A stretch of DNA of 53,156 nucleotides, filler included, from Dirinaria sp. TL-2023a (taxonomy: Eukaryota): NCBI GenBank assembly GCA_051941275.1. It is 4 parts of 4 records of this genome, joined end to end, with 100 filler letters (N's around TTAATTAATTAA, not from the genome) between each part and the next. Parts side by side here need not be neighbours in the genome. Positions count along the whole stretch, not along the records: positions 13,339 to 26,560 come from JAVEBF010000703.1; positions 26,661 to 39,863 come from JAVEBF010000704.1; 2 more parts are not named here. One strand, given 5' to 3'. Below are positions 25,112 through 35,939 of the stretch, in pieces. The notes under the pieces are model-generated. The model saw only the letters and a list, made by a program, of their open reading frames with translations, did no database searches and was not told the DNA's origin. Every line of letters begins with the position of its first letter. Position 1 is the first letter of the stretch. Position numbers and translations under genes: made by a program.

Positions 25112-25950
25112 TCACGCCTTCGTTTCCCTTGCAACTTGTCTGAAAAAGTGAAAAAACCCCCATGCTAGTTCATTCTGTCTCCGGCCCTCACTCCAATTTA
25201 GCAAACCCATCATAGCATTCTGGACAAGTCCCTTGGAGTATGCGGGCGCGGACTCTTTTGAATCTTCGATTGCGGGAAGTACGCTGCTACGATTTATAGC
25301 CATATGCTTTGAACGCTCCAGTTAATGATCCTCTTTTAAAACCTTGCGCTTTAAACATATTTCTATAGCAATCTTTGTTTACCAAACAGGAATGTACTGC
25401 TAGCAATCTCTTAATTGTCACCTCTCTCTGCGGATCTGGGCTCTCCATTGCCATATGATTCGACAGCACAACGTGTTTGTCATTCTCGCCCAGAACTCAT
25501 CTAATTTCCTCTACAAATTTTTGTTGGTCTGTAGCGTGAAATACGCAGTCTTGACACCATGCAAGGTCAAAGCATTATTAGCGAAAGGTAGCTCCTCGAA
25601 CTTGCCGTCGATGACCTCAATGCGGTTTTCAAGACTTTCTTCACGGTTCTTAGTTCTGTTCCGTCCATTTTGCACTCTCGAAATGTTCGGGCAAGTGACA
25701 CGGCAGCCGTACATACGGGCTAAAAAGCGTACTGCTCCGCCATAGCCAATATGAGAACGTTGGTTATCAACACCGAAGTGATCACTCGCTGCTGCCATTT
25801 CTTGTAGGACGGGAGTAATCCCAACACACAAAACATAATGGAAGCGCGAATGAAGAATTAGACAATATAAACTCAGATATATCCAATGTGTTCCGTAACC
25901 AGCTTACCTAGAATTTCTTAGATCGACAAAAAGATTGGCGTTCGGCATTT
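25112..25950 (-). pseudogene. Sarcosine/dimethylglycine N-methyltransferase-like class I SAM-dependent methyltransferase relic
   Basis: GYGGAVRFLARMYGCRVTCPNISRVQNGRNR..LENRIEVIDGKFEELPF, then after a frameshift FDLAWCQDCVFH..KFVEEIR*VL, and C-terminal GLLNWSEGRRQNELAWGFFHF. Several frameshifts and stops; 5' end approximate. Confidence 0.72.
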
Positions 25951-26560
25951 CCATTTTTCTTTCGACGAAAAGTCATCAGGCGCAAGAGTGCAGCGGCGCT
26001 ACCATCAGCCACCGAGGAAGGTCTTGAAATCCGAGACTGGACCTGAGATGTTGATCCTCTGGGTGGGACGATCAGCTGCATTCATCATTACTTTGATCTG
26101 AGTCTACGAGACCGATTGATATTAAGAAGTCGTAAAATTCGACGAGTCTAATGAGCAAAATTTTGAGTAGATTCGAAGACGGGTGCGCATGATCTGAAGT
26201 TATCAAAATGAAATGAATCAAGTCCTGCCTAGAGAAATTACTGTCACAAACCCAAATTTATCTCCCCCAACGCGCTTCGCCGCCCCGCCCTCCCACCTTC
26301 CTATCTTATGCCATCACAAACCACCCACTCAACCAAATCATCAAAAATCCCTATCAAATACGCATCAAATCATCTATAACCTCTATACTTTTTGAAAACT
26401 CGTCTACACCATATCACCGACATATCATGCCGCAACACAATCACGATTTGCATTCAACTTTTGGGCCTCCCAAATGTACTCGTACCACCCAGTTGAAGTC
26501 CTCCATCTTTTCGGGAAATCTGATCAAGGGTCGGCCTCTTAAAAAAAAAAAAAAAAGAAA

Positions 26561-26660
26561 NNNNNNNNNNNNNNNNNNNNNNNNNNNNNNNNNNNNNNNN
26601 NNNNTTAATTAATTAANNNNNNNNNNNNNNNNNNNNNNNNNNNNNNNNNNNNNNNNNNNN
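26561..26660. other. Artificial contig-join linker
   Basis: N44-TTAATTAATTAA-N44. Confidence 0.97.
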
Positions 26661-27113
26661 GGAACCAGCATGAACCACCCTCTCCGCACGGTGCCCAACG
26701 GTCAGCGATCTACCTTATGATAGATGATATATCCCATTCTACCTTACGGTACCTAGGAAGGGGGTGCAATTTAGTTTATGTAATTTAGGGTTCGAGAGTT
26801 CCATGCCCAAAAAGGGGGTAAGGGGGTAATCCAGACAGATATCGAGGGGGTAGGGTGTACACACCCCCAAAATATCCCCTGCAAAATGGATTTAACGTAC
26901 ACGTACAAGGGATCGAAGAGATATACATGCACTGAAAAAAAAAAAACCTGGAGTTCATCGCATAAACGGCATACATTAGCAGAGGGTCTACTACTACTAC
27001 CTTGCTGTACAAAAAAATCCAAAGAAGCAGGCTATGCAAAATGCAGCAGGGCAGTAACCATTTCATCCCAATCCCCTTTCACAAGTTACTCATCTTCCTT
27101 TGATAAGAATCAA

Positions 27114-29098
27114 TCAATCCTCCTCCCCTCTAAGCAGCCCTTTCAAGATCCCCCCACCAGGCCCCTCTAAACAGCCTTCCAGCTCCTTCTCTCCGACCCA
27201 GCTGACGACGCACCGATCTTCGTTCCCTTTCGCGGATTTCTTGCTCGGGGTCACTTTTCCTTTCGCAACAGCAAACTTTCTGCTACCCTCCTCCCCTACC
27301 AAGCCCAGGGTTTCCAGCCCGCCGACCACATCTGTAAACTCCGTGCTCGTGAGCGGATGCAGCGCGTTCTCCCGCTTGCACAGCGCGGAGTAAGTCTCGT
27401 AGAGTTTGCGGATGGTCAGTGCTGTACTGGCCTTCACTTTGGAAGGCGTCGTCGTGAGCATGGGACGGGCAGCGGAACGGGTTGATTTTTTCTCTAGAGA
27501 AATGAGAGCGCACAGCGCAGCTTTCTGCTGGAGATTGAGGTTTTGGAGTCGTTGAGGCGTACCGTTCCCCAGAGCTGCGGAGGTGACGCGCGCGACATTC
27601 GCAATCGTCGCGCGAGGAGCTGTTGTGGGTGTGAGGCTTGAGAGGCTGGCAGCCAGATTCTTCGGCCGTGAGGGCGATGAAAGATTCGGATTTTCGCTCA
27701 ATGGCGATTTCGATAGTGAGCTGAGCTCATTCTGAGTCTTTTGTTTCACTTCGTTCTCAACGAGGTCAATTGCGCGGCGCATGATGTCGAACGCCTTTCG
27801 AAGGTCACCGGTTTGAGAGGCCACTTTCTTTGAGCAGAATTGGACTGCAGTTGGATGAACAAAAGGTAGAAAGTCTGGCTGCTCGTCGCCGGAGAGAGGC
27901 ACTGATTTGAGCTTTGCGCTGAGGATAGACGCTATCTGTGGGGCTGTATATGGCAGGAACGGTAAAAGTTGCGGTCGAAGATTCCTGGACTTCAAGCGTG
28001 GGAGAAAGCGATCTGTGAGATCCAGCGCATTGGCAATGCCAATCAACACTAGACGGGACGAACGTCGCAGTGACCACTCAAACAGAGTATAGAGTATCTC
28101 AAGGTCCAAAGTCACCAGGTGGTCAATCTCGTCTAGGGTTACAACGTAGATTTGGCCGTCGGACTTCTTTTGTGGTGAGAAAGTTTTTTGAAGTATAGTT
28201 AGCTGTTCTTCCAGCTCGACGATACATTCGACGCTTAGATCCTCAACGAGCTTGCTGTAGATGTCATTTGGGCCTTTGACACTCATGCAGTTAACGTAGG
28301 CCATTCGAACGCCACTAGTATCACGGATCTCATTGCAGACTTCATTGACTAGAGCGCTTTTGCCGGTCCCTGGAGGTCCACTGACATACAAACACCGGCC
28401 TTTCCTGTCTTCAATACCCTGACGGATAAAATTATTGAGTTCGGCCCTTTCTTCATCACGTCCCACGAGCCGACCAGGTTCCGCGCTCCTCACGAACAGC
28501 TGGCGTGCATCATTATATATTGTTGGAACAGTAATTGGCGTAGGAGTCCGAGGAGCCCGAGGAGTTACTGGCTTCCCTACCAAGGCGACACGATGACGAG
28601 GAGTGACGGGGATCTTCTTTGACAGCGCATCTCGGTGTCGCGGGGTTTGAGGAGTTGCAAGCTGTACATTCTGCTTCCTGTCTAGAGTAGATTTTAGACC
28701 AGAAATCCATTAACAAATTACTCTCCATACCTATAAGAGGTCCCGGATGTTGGGTATTGCTATTCGCGTTTGTGGGGGACAGTGCAACACGCCTTTTGCT
28801 GGCTGCGCTCCTAGGCGAGGCCGATACATTTCGCGAAGATTTGGAGGGCGTAAGAAAGGGATTTTCCAGGTCATCCAAATCCATGCAATCAAAATCATGG
28901 CCATCGGATTGCCCATCTTGAACAGAAATTGGTCTGGCATTTTCGTCGCCAGGTATCTGAAATCGACCTCGTCGCTTGACACGAGAAAGAGACGGGAAAT
29001 CTGGAGGAAGAGAGGTTAGGAAGAGAACGTGGCATTGAGAGCGTCATGTACTTGCCTTCGGCAGCTCTTGCTCTCTTCCCAAGTACTGTGGACGCCAT
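27114..29098 (-). CDS. CDC6: Cell division control protein 6 (Cdc6/Cdc18) AAA+ ATPase, 3 exons
   Basis: LVGRDEE, YVSGPPGTGKS, LDEIDHL, LIGIANALDLTDRFLPRL, GDLRKAFD, and N-terminal TPRHR CDK sites. Introns 29055-29001 (GC-AG) and 28730-28682 (GT-AG). Confidence 0.95.
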
Positions 29099-29192
29099 TG
29101 ATGGGTAGCTCTTGCTGCTTTGAACTTGGAAGTTGTTGCTGTTTTACGAGGCAAGTGGTGTGGCTTGGTAGTGGTGTCGGGAATAAGTCAGG

Positions 29193-29217
29193 ACGCGCTT
29201 TCCACGCGATCACGCGT
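29193..29217. promoter_or_regulatory. MCB (MluI cell-cycle box) cluster upstream of CDC6
   Basis: ACGCGC at 29193, ACGCGA at 29204 and ACGCGT at 29212, within 25 nt and about 100 nt upstream of the ATG. Confidence 0.8.
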
Positions 29218-30226
29218 AAGGCCTTCAACATTGGCAGAGGACACGTCCTGCACGAATGCCCTTGCATAACTCTACCTGGTAACTACTGTTAATGCATGGC
29301 CGCTCGCCCTAAAGCGTACTCAGAGGTGGGCTTGCAAGTCCACTGTTACTGCATTTACAGTGACCAGGGTGACTTCCCCATGAGCCTCAATTTTGCCAGC
29401 AATGCTAGTCTATGAAACACTACCTTTCTCTAATCTCCGCAGGCCAGACTGGCATTGTCACAAGTTCCATCAGAAGCTGTATATCAACCATTCCTTACCT
29501 TTGACCCTTGCTCCAGAGTATCAGACATTTGTGGCTACATAAAATGACTTTCTTAGAGCTAAGAGCTGAGAAAATCTTCCCAAATATTCCAAGTGAGGCC
29601 GCCGAATCACCTTGTAGGCCGCGATAGTAAACCTCTATATGTCGATATCGCTGCATTCAATGAGTACTATGCTGATAGGCATACAAAAAGCAGCGCCAGT
29701 GAGACCTTATCCGCCCTTATTTTATTGGTACATCTCATGACTTGAATTAGCGGGCACGGCGTGAAACCACCAACAATCGCTAAGTGTATCGCGGTTGCGT
29801 CATTGATATTGGCATTACACTTGTTAGATGCCTGTCGATAATGATTCGGAAAGTCTTGGTAGCGACCATACGAATCGACCCATGAACGGCCGTATGAGCC
29901 GGTCACTGAAAGGTGCACTGTGGCTCACCTTTGCTCGATCCTAGCCCGAGAAATGAGCCACATCAAGTACAGCGGGATGGGACAGTAGGCTCGCCCAATT
30001 TATAGACATAATGGTAAAATGAACAAGTATGGAGGGTGGAGGAAAGCAGTCCTAGTTGACTTTATAAGTCATCTTAATGTAATGTGGGTATGAAAAAACA
30101 TGTAAGCTGACCAGTGACAAATGACTTAGCTTATAGCACCAGCCCGTGAAATGAGTTCTACCACATCTCGAATATGAGAGTCTCTCAAAAACTGAGACAT
30201 TAAAGTTAATCAGTTTTGTGTAGATA

Positions 30227-31327
30227 TCATTGACTACCACTACCACTACCACCATTACTACTCCCACTCCCACCCGGGAGCGAACCTGTCAACCTGAACC
30301 AAACATTAACAAGTACCTGCCCTGTCGCTGTCTCTGCACCAAACTGCGCATCATACTGAGAAGTGAACCCTTTTGCTGCGTAATCTGACATCTCGATGAC
30401 GAAATTCTGGATGAAATCCCATGGAACAGCTTGCGCGTAAGAGAAGAATGTAAGCTTGAAATTCCACTGCTGGAAAATAATGAAGTGTAGAGGCTCTCGA
30501 GCGGTCCATGCGCCGGTCTCAATATTCAGTGCGATGACATCGTAGAAATCTTCGAGGTAGCGCGCTGCTACGCTGACAGGAGTGATCATGGCCACGTGTT
30601 TGAATTGGATGGGGGCGAATGGCGCATTTCCGCGTTTAGTGATCGAGAGGTGGTGACTCTTTAGCTTCTGAGCATGACCGGGTGGAGCTGGTGCAACCGA
30701 TGATAGAGCAGAATCGACCGCGGCTGGAAGTGCGTTACGCTTGTCAGATCGAGCGCCAGACGGATTCCTGTGGTCGATCACTCGGAGCGTAACTGTGACC
30801 ATCTGACCCATGTCTTCGTCAGCGTAGAGTATTTCATATGTTCCAGCAAAGCCGAGCATCGCCGCATTGAACATCTTTGTGGCGAACCTGATAACAAATT
30901 CCCATGGAATTGGCGTTGCTGAAGACATCCGGAAACGCAGGTTTCCAAGTGCCATGGAGATATCCGGTAGCGGCGGCGTGGATTGCCATCTAGTTTGCAC
31001 ACATGTTAAAATTGCACTGTAAAACAATTTGAGTCCTGGTATGGCGAGGTGATTTGGCACAAGAACGCTGGTGTGCTGTGCCTGTATAATATCTAATCCA
31101 TTTCGCTTGCGAAGCCTAACTCGTCTGCCTATAGCGCCTTCCAAGTCCTCATGCATGCCATCACGTCTAGCAAGTACCGACGCTGAGGATTGCCTATAGT
31201 CGCTGTGACTTGTTGCCGGAGTTATGGGTGATGAGACTTTGTACGGTGGGCTTGCTGCAGTAGGCAGGATGGTTGTAAAGAAAATGGCTACCCATAGTCC
31301 CAGAGCTGACAGCTCCTTAACGTACAT
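30227..31327 (-). CDS. Secreted 366-aa protein: signal peptide, dibasic (Kex2) sites and two tandem homologous ~110-aa domains
   Basis: Hydrophobic N-terminus LSALGLWVAIFFTTILPTAA; RLRKR, DKR and TKR sites; repeated motif P..A..L..FY..I..W..PL..(I/V)PW(E/D)F(V/I)..F...M..A..GF...Y. Confidence 0.8.
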   Translation of the reverse strand: MYVKELSALGLWVAIFFTTILPTAASPPYKVSSPITPATSHSDYRQSSASVLARRDGMHEDLEGAIGRRVRLRKRNGLDIIQAQHTSVLVPNHLAIPGLKLFYSAILTCVQTRWQSTPPLPDISMALGNLRFRMSSATPIPWEFVIRFATKMFNAAMLGFAGTYEILYADEDMGQMVTVTLRVIDHRNPSGARSDKRNALPAAVDSALSSVAPAPPGHAQKLKSHHLSITKRGNAPFAPIQFKHVAMITPVSVAARYLEDFYDVIALNIETGAWTAREPLHFIIFQQWNFKLTFFSYAQAVPWDFIQNFVIEMSDYAAKGFTSQYDAQFGAETATGQVLVNVWFRLTGSLPGGSGSSNGGSGSGSQ

Positions 31328-32973
31328 GGAAAATGAGTATTTCTCCAGTACTCAAGATACCAAGGTGTCCGTCCGAGTCGATTTTGCCCGACTCTGGGTC
31401 CACGGTCTGTTCGGAAGGGATACCTGTAGTGGCTTCAGTGTGGGCTATCCTGATTATGACACTACCCTCGTGGTCAACCATAGCAGTCTTGCCATCCCGG
31501 CATAACAGCTTTCAAGGCATCATCATCCAAGAATGGCAGCAACATTCATTGACGAAACCCCTGTGTTCGGACATATCAAGATCTGCAGAAGTGGAGATGA
31601 CAGGAACCGCTGTGCGAGATTTTCCGCGTTTCACTGACAACTCGGACCAAATCATCTCCTGCGTGTAGCGATTGGGCGGTTGTCGGATGAAGAACTGCAA
31701 GAAGCGCAAAATATTTGCGTCCACTCATTTGTCACCTTCACCTGCAGTAGTCGTGTAGTAGGGCAAATGAGCCATGTGGTAATGCTGTTTGGGAAGGTTG
31801 GCACGACTTTCTGTGATCCAGTAGTGCTCGTAAGCTGAGCCTACCGATTGCAATAATGATCGAGCAGTGCAAGTATGCAACGCCGAGATAGCTGCTACTT
31901 TAGCGATTCTAGCGACTGCCGATATTATGCATCAGCCTGGTATCATGAGATACTCGATATTCAACTGTTCCGTAAAGGGTGAGAAGGGATGTATAAGTGG
32001 ATATATGGTCACGTGTTGATGTACTCGTACTGGTAACGCTTACCTCTAGCTTGGGATTGATGCCCTCGGTCCGCCCCGTACTCGGTCTCGGGTAACAGGG
32101 GGTTTCACCTTATCAAGTTATCATAGGGGGTTGATCTACCTAATGTACAGCCTCGTACCTACACGTATGATGTAGGTAAAGTAAGGTATGTATTTAGATG
32201 ATGTCCATATCTAATCTGATTATCTATAGGTACGTTCAATTTTAGGTACCAAGGGTAAGGTACATGGTGTTGATGGGATTTTCCCTCTGTCAAGCCTCTA
32301 TCAAGATCCGACTCATTGGGTGTCACCTCCTTCACGCTGCTGGTAGTAGGATGGGCCTCTCTTTGCATTAATTACATTTTTTATTTCTAGGACAGCAAAC
32401 GATAGATCGAGAAAACATACGACGCACGACTACAGATCATTACTTAACCGTTCCGAAGTGGCCGTTTCGAAGGACCGCTGAGAAATGCGTTTCACTCCAA
32501 GGCATGCACGAACAATAGCTTTGGAAGATGATTCACCTAGTCTTCGTCTCAAAGCTTGCGGGAAAAGCAGTACCTCTCCCATATGTCACTGGCTCCTTAC
32601 TTTATACCCTTCTATACTACTCTAAATGGCTATTTTAAACCTACGGCTTGTTGTGCTGAACGCTTCTTATTCCCTGAAGCTCTAATATGATACACGCCTA
32701 GGTGCTAGGGGTCCGCCACTAGCCGAGTGATTACTTAGGGATTTACTCTAGGACAACCCAGGACTTACGGTAGCTAAGGTACATTGAGTGACCAGCTAGC
32801 ACTTGCCCCTGCGCGATGCCATTCGATGATTCTAAACTGCCAGTATTACTAAGCCTTAGCAATTAACTTCAATGCTAAAATGGAAGTTCAAATAGTGAAT
32901 CCGAAATGTATACCTCCGGTATGGTCTTGCTACCAACGCCAAGGTTCCCAAACGACGCCGGACAGAACAATAC

Positions 32974-35630
32974 TTAATCAAAGTCATCCAGCCCGTCGTC
33001 CATATCAACATCTGCGTCTCCGGATTCGATAAAGACGAGGCGAGTTCCTTCGGCAGCTGTTTGCCAGACCTATGTTTTGTTTCAGCAAAATCCAACAGCA
33101 GGATACAATAACGGCTTACATCGAGCATGGCATATTCATCCAAGGCCTGACTGAACTGGTCGTCCGTGAAACCTTTTGCAATGATTCTCTCCCTTATCTT
33201 TTTAATGCTCAGCTCGCCCCCATCGCCAACAGCTGCTGCGCCACTGTCTTTCATCGCTCGGATCAGATTGTAGATCTTGCTACTAGGGCTCTGATCACCA
33301 GCACCGCGAGACTCATTATATAGACTGGCTTTGCTGACATCGACTAACCGTAGCGCCTCGTCCACGTCTTCTGTCGATACTAAGTCCGCAAATCTTAACC
33401 TGGCTAGCGCTTGCGAGAGACGCAAAACCCCCAGCAGGGTCCGGGGAGAGGTGTGAGTGAAGTGTTTTTTGCCACCTTCATCCCGCTTTTGTTGCTGTCT
33501 CATTCGCACATAAGCTCCCACCATGTACTCAGAGACTTCTTTCGGTACAACCGGACGCCAGCTACGGGCCTGGGCAATGTATTGGCGGACTTCATGTGGT
33601 GTGAAGATCAGACCCTCGGTCTCGGGATGCTTGTTGTTCATGTGTACATAAGTAACATGTTGAGCCAGTTCTTCGTCAGACTCCCGACTTGGTTGATCGA
33701 GCATCAAGAAGAGTACGTCAAACCGCGAAAGCAGAGCTGCAGGGAGATTGATGTTCTCCACGGGAGAAATCCGTGGATTATATCTGCCGTAAAGGGGATT
33801 TGCAGCCGCAAGGATAGATGTACGCGCGTTCAAGGAGGTCGTTATACCTGCTTTGGATATGGAGATGGTCTGTTGCTCCATCACTTCGTGGATGGCCGTT
33901 CTATCACCGTCATCCATCTTGTCGAATTCGTCGATGCAGCAAATGCCATTGTCAGCAAGGACCAAAGCACCTCCTTCCAGAACCATCTCATCCGTAACGG
34001 GATCACGCATAACAGCGGCCGTCAGACCGACACCGCTACTTCCGCGTCCGGTAGTATAAACACCTCTGGGCGCAACCTTGGTGATGTATTTCAGCAGCTG
34101 GGATTTTGCAACACCAGGGTCGCCCATGAGGCAGATATTGATGTCTCCCCTTATTCGCATGCCGTCGCCCATTTCCTTCGTCACCCCCCCAATAAGAAGA
34201 AGCAACAGCGCCTTTTTGACGTCCAGATGGCCATAAATTTCTGGGGCAATGGAACGTGCGAGATAGTCGTACATGTGGCCTGAGTGTCGGTGTTTCTCGA
34301 TCCTTTGAAACGTCTCCCTATCGAACTTTAGATCATCGTAAGCTTTCTTGTGCTGGTTCACCCATTGCGCCTCCAAATAGGTGTCTGTTAGCAGACCTGC
34401 GCGGATAGCCTTGAAACCGGTATAGGGTGTCGGTAAGAAAATGCCGCCTATATCCACAACATCTCCAGGGTTGATCTGCCTCGTGAGGGTTCCGTGGCAA
34501 TGGACTGTCAAAATGCGTGGTATGTGGCCTACAGGTACCTGATCGGCCATCTCCTGGATCTTTACCTCCTGGAAGGGAAGGAACTTTGATGCTCTTGTCG
34601 ACAGAAACAGCTGACCTTTTGAGTTGTTTTGCTGACATTCTGGAGACGGACATTCGACCATCGGGGTGAATTGCTTTGTCGTAATGGGCTGGAAAATCTC
34701 GCAGCCACATCGATCACAAGTATAGGCATTGACCTGCACCGCTGGCTTGACGTCAGACACCCTTGTTGTAATACCACGGACTGTGATGAGATGGCCTAGG
34801 TGTTCGCCTCGCACATTTCGGACTGCCAGTGCCTTCGAGCTCTTCTCGCTGTCAGAGCCTGCCGGAGTCATGGGCTTGAAAGTGAGCGTATACCGCCTAG
34901 TAAGCTCAGCGGGGAAAATTGCCCCGGTGTCTGAAGCATCAACTTCATTTTCTGCAGCCATGCTGACGGCTTCGTTACGCTTCTCGCGCTGAGACATAAT
35001 TATGTCAAGTACGTCATCCTTGAAGCTGCGAGCGTTTAGTCATGGTGCACGACGCAGATCCATGATCATTACCTGATTTCCCGAGTCTCTTTTGGCATCA
35101 CTTTATCTACGGCCTGCGAAAGTACATCGATGTAATGCTTGGCGTTTCTCTCTATTGAGTCCACCAATCGTAGTCCCATTTCCTCTTCGAAGCTTTTCTC
35201 GTACTGCAGCCGGCATATTAGCAAGTCTTCGCCGGAAAATGATTCCCTGCGGCTTTGCTGACATTGTCTAGATCATCCAGTTCGATTGTGATCTGGTTCA
35301 ATTGTCTATCCGCAACTTTCTGGAGCATATCCATATATTTTCGTTTGGGCTGAGGGTGCTGCCTGTCCCGTTGCCGCGGATCTTTATCATTCGCAACATC
35401 ATCCATAAAGTCATACTCGTCGCTGAGACCGTCGTCCTCAAGATTTAAATCCTGCAGAGCATCTGAGGCCAGTCGCTCCGTTTCCGTAGCAGTAGACTTA
35501 TAATTGGTTAAGAAATCTTCGAAGGCAGCTTCGAGTTCTTGGTCAGCGCATTTATGATGCGAAATTATTTAGGTGACTTGCCTCGTTGTGCAGTGTAATC
35601 GACAGGAGCCTTGAAGGTTAAGAGCGCCAT
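32974..35630 (-). CDS. MCM7: DNA replication licensing factor Mcm7, 5 exons
   Basis: Zn finger [38 protein letters not shown]. Introns 35581-35529 (GC-AG), 35262-35204, 35072-35026, and one near 33119-33070 that gives the C-terminus [19 protein letters not shown]. Confidence 0.96.
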
Positions 35631-35761
35631 GGTTAAGGAAGTACGGCCTTTTCAACACGCAGACGACGAGTGGGCTTTGTTCAGCACAGTGCAATGGTTT
35701 CTCCCAGGTTGAATCAGGAAGCTGGACCAGAAAGGCCGTTCCACTTGAGGCTATTCTCCGA

Positions 35762-35789
35762 ACGCGTCTCTTGAACGCGTCGAGCGCGT
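35762..35789. promoter_or_regulatory. MCB cluster in the MCM7/PEX1 bidirectional promoter
   Basis: ACGCGT at 35762, ACGCGT at 35775 and GCGCGT at 35784. Confidence 0.8.
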
Positions 35790-35939
35790 GTCAATTCCGC
35801 TCAGTCGGCCAAAAAAGTCTCCGTGTCTCCGTGCCTCGGCTGAGCTCCACACGAAACATCATACTATACGAGTACTCTGACAACTCTGTTGCTTCATGTA
35901 CACCATTTTTCCCTCATACTTGTTCAAGAGGATGAGAAC

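Noticed and set aside
2667..25950. SAM synthetase supplying the methyltransferase as one gene cluster
   Set aside because: They are on different, artificially joined contigs
26814..26855. G-run cluster (GGGGGTAAGGGGG..GGGGGTAGGG) as a G-quadruplex or telomere
   Set aside because: The long central loop and absence of a TTAGGG array leave only low-complexity DNA near a contig end
33411..34283. 290-aa plus-strand ORF, and similar antisense ORFs at 7723-8331, 23586-24155 and 51473-52006
   Set aside because: Antisense shadows of conserved genes, explained by codon bias
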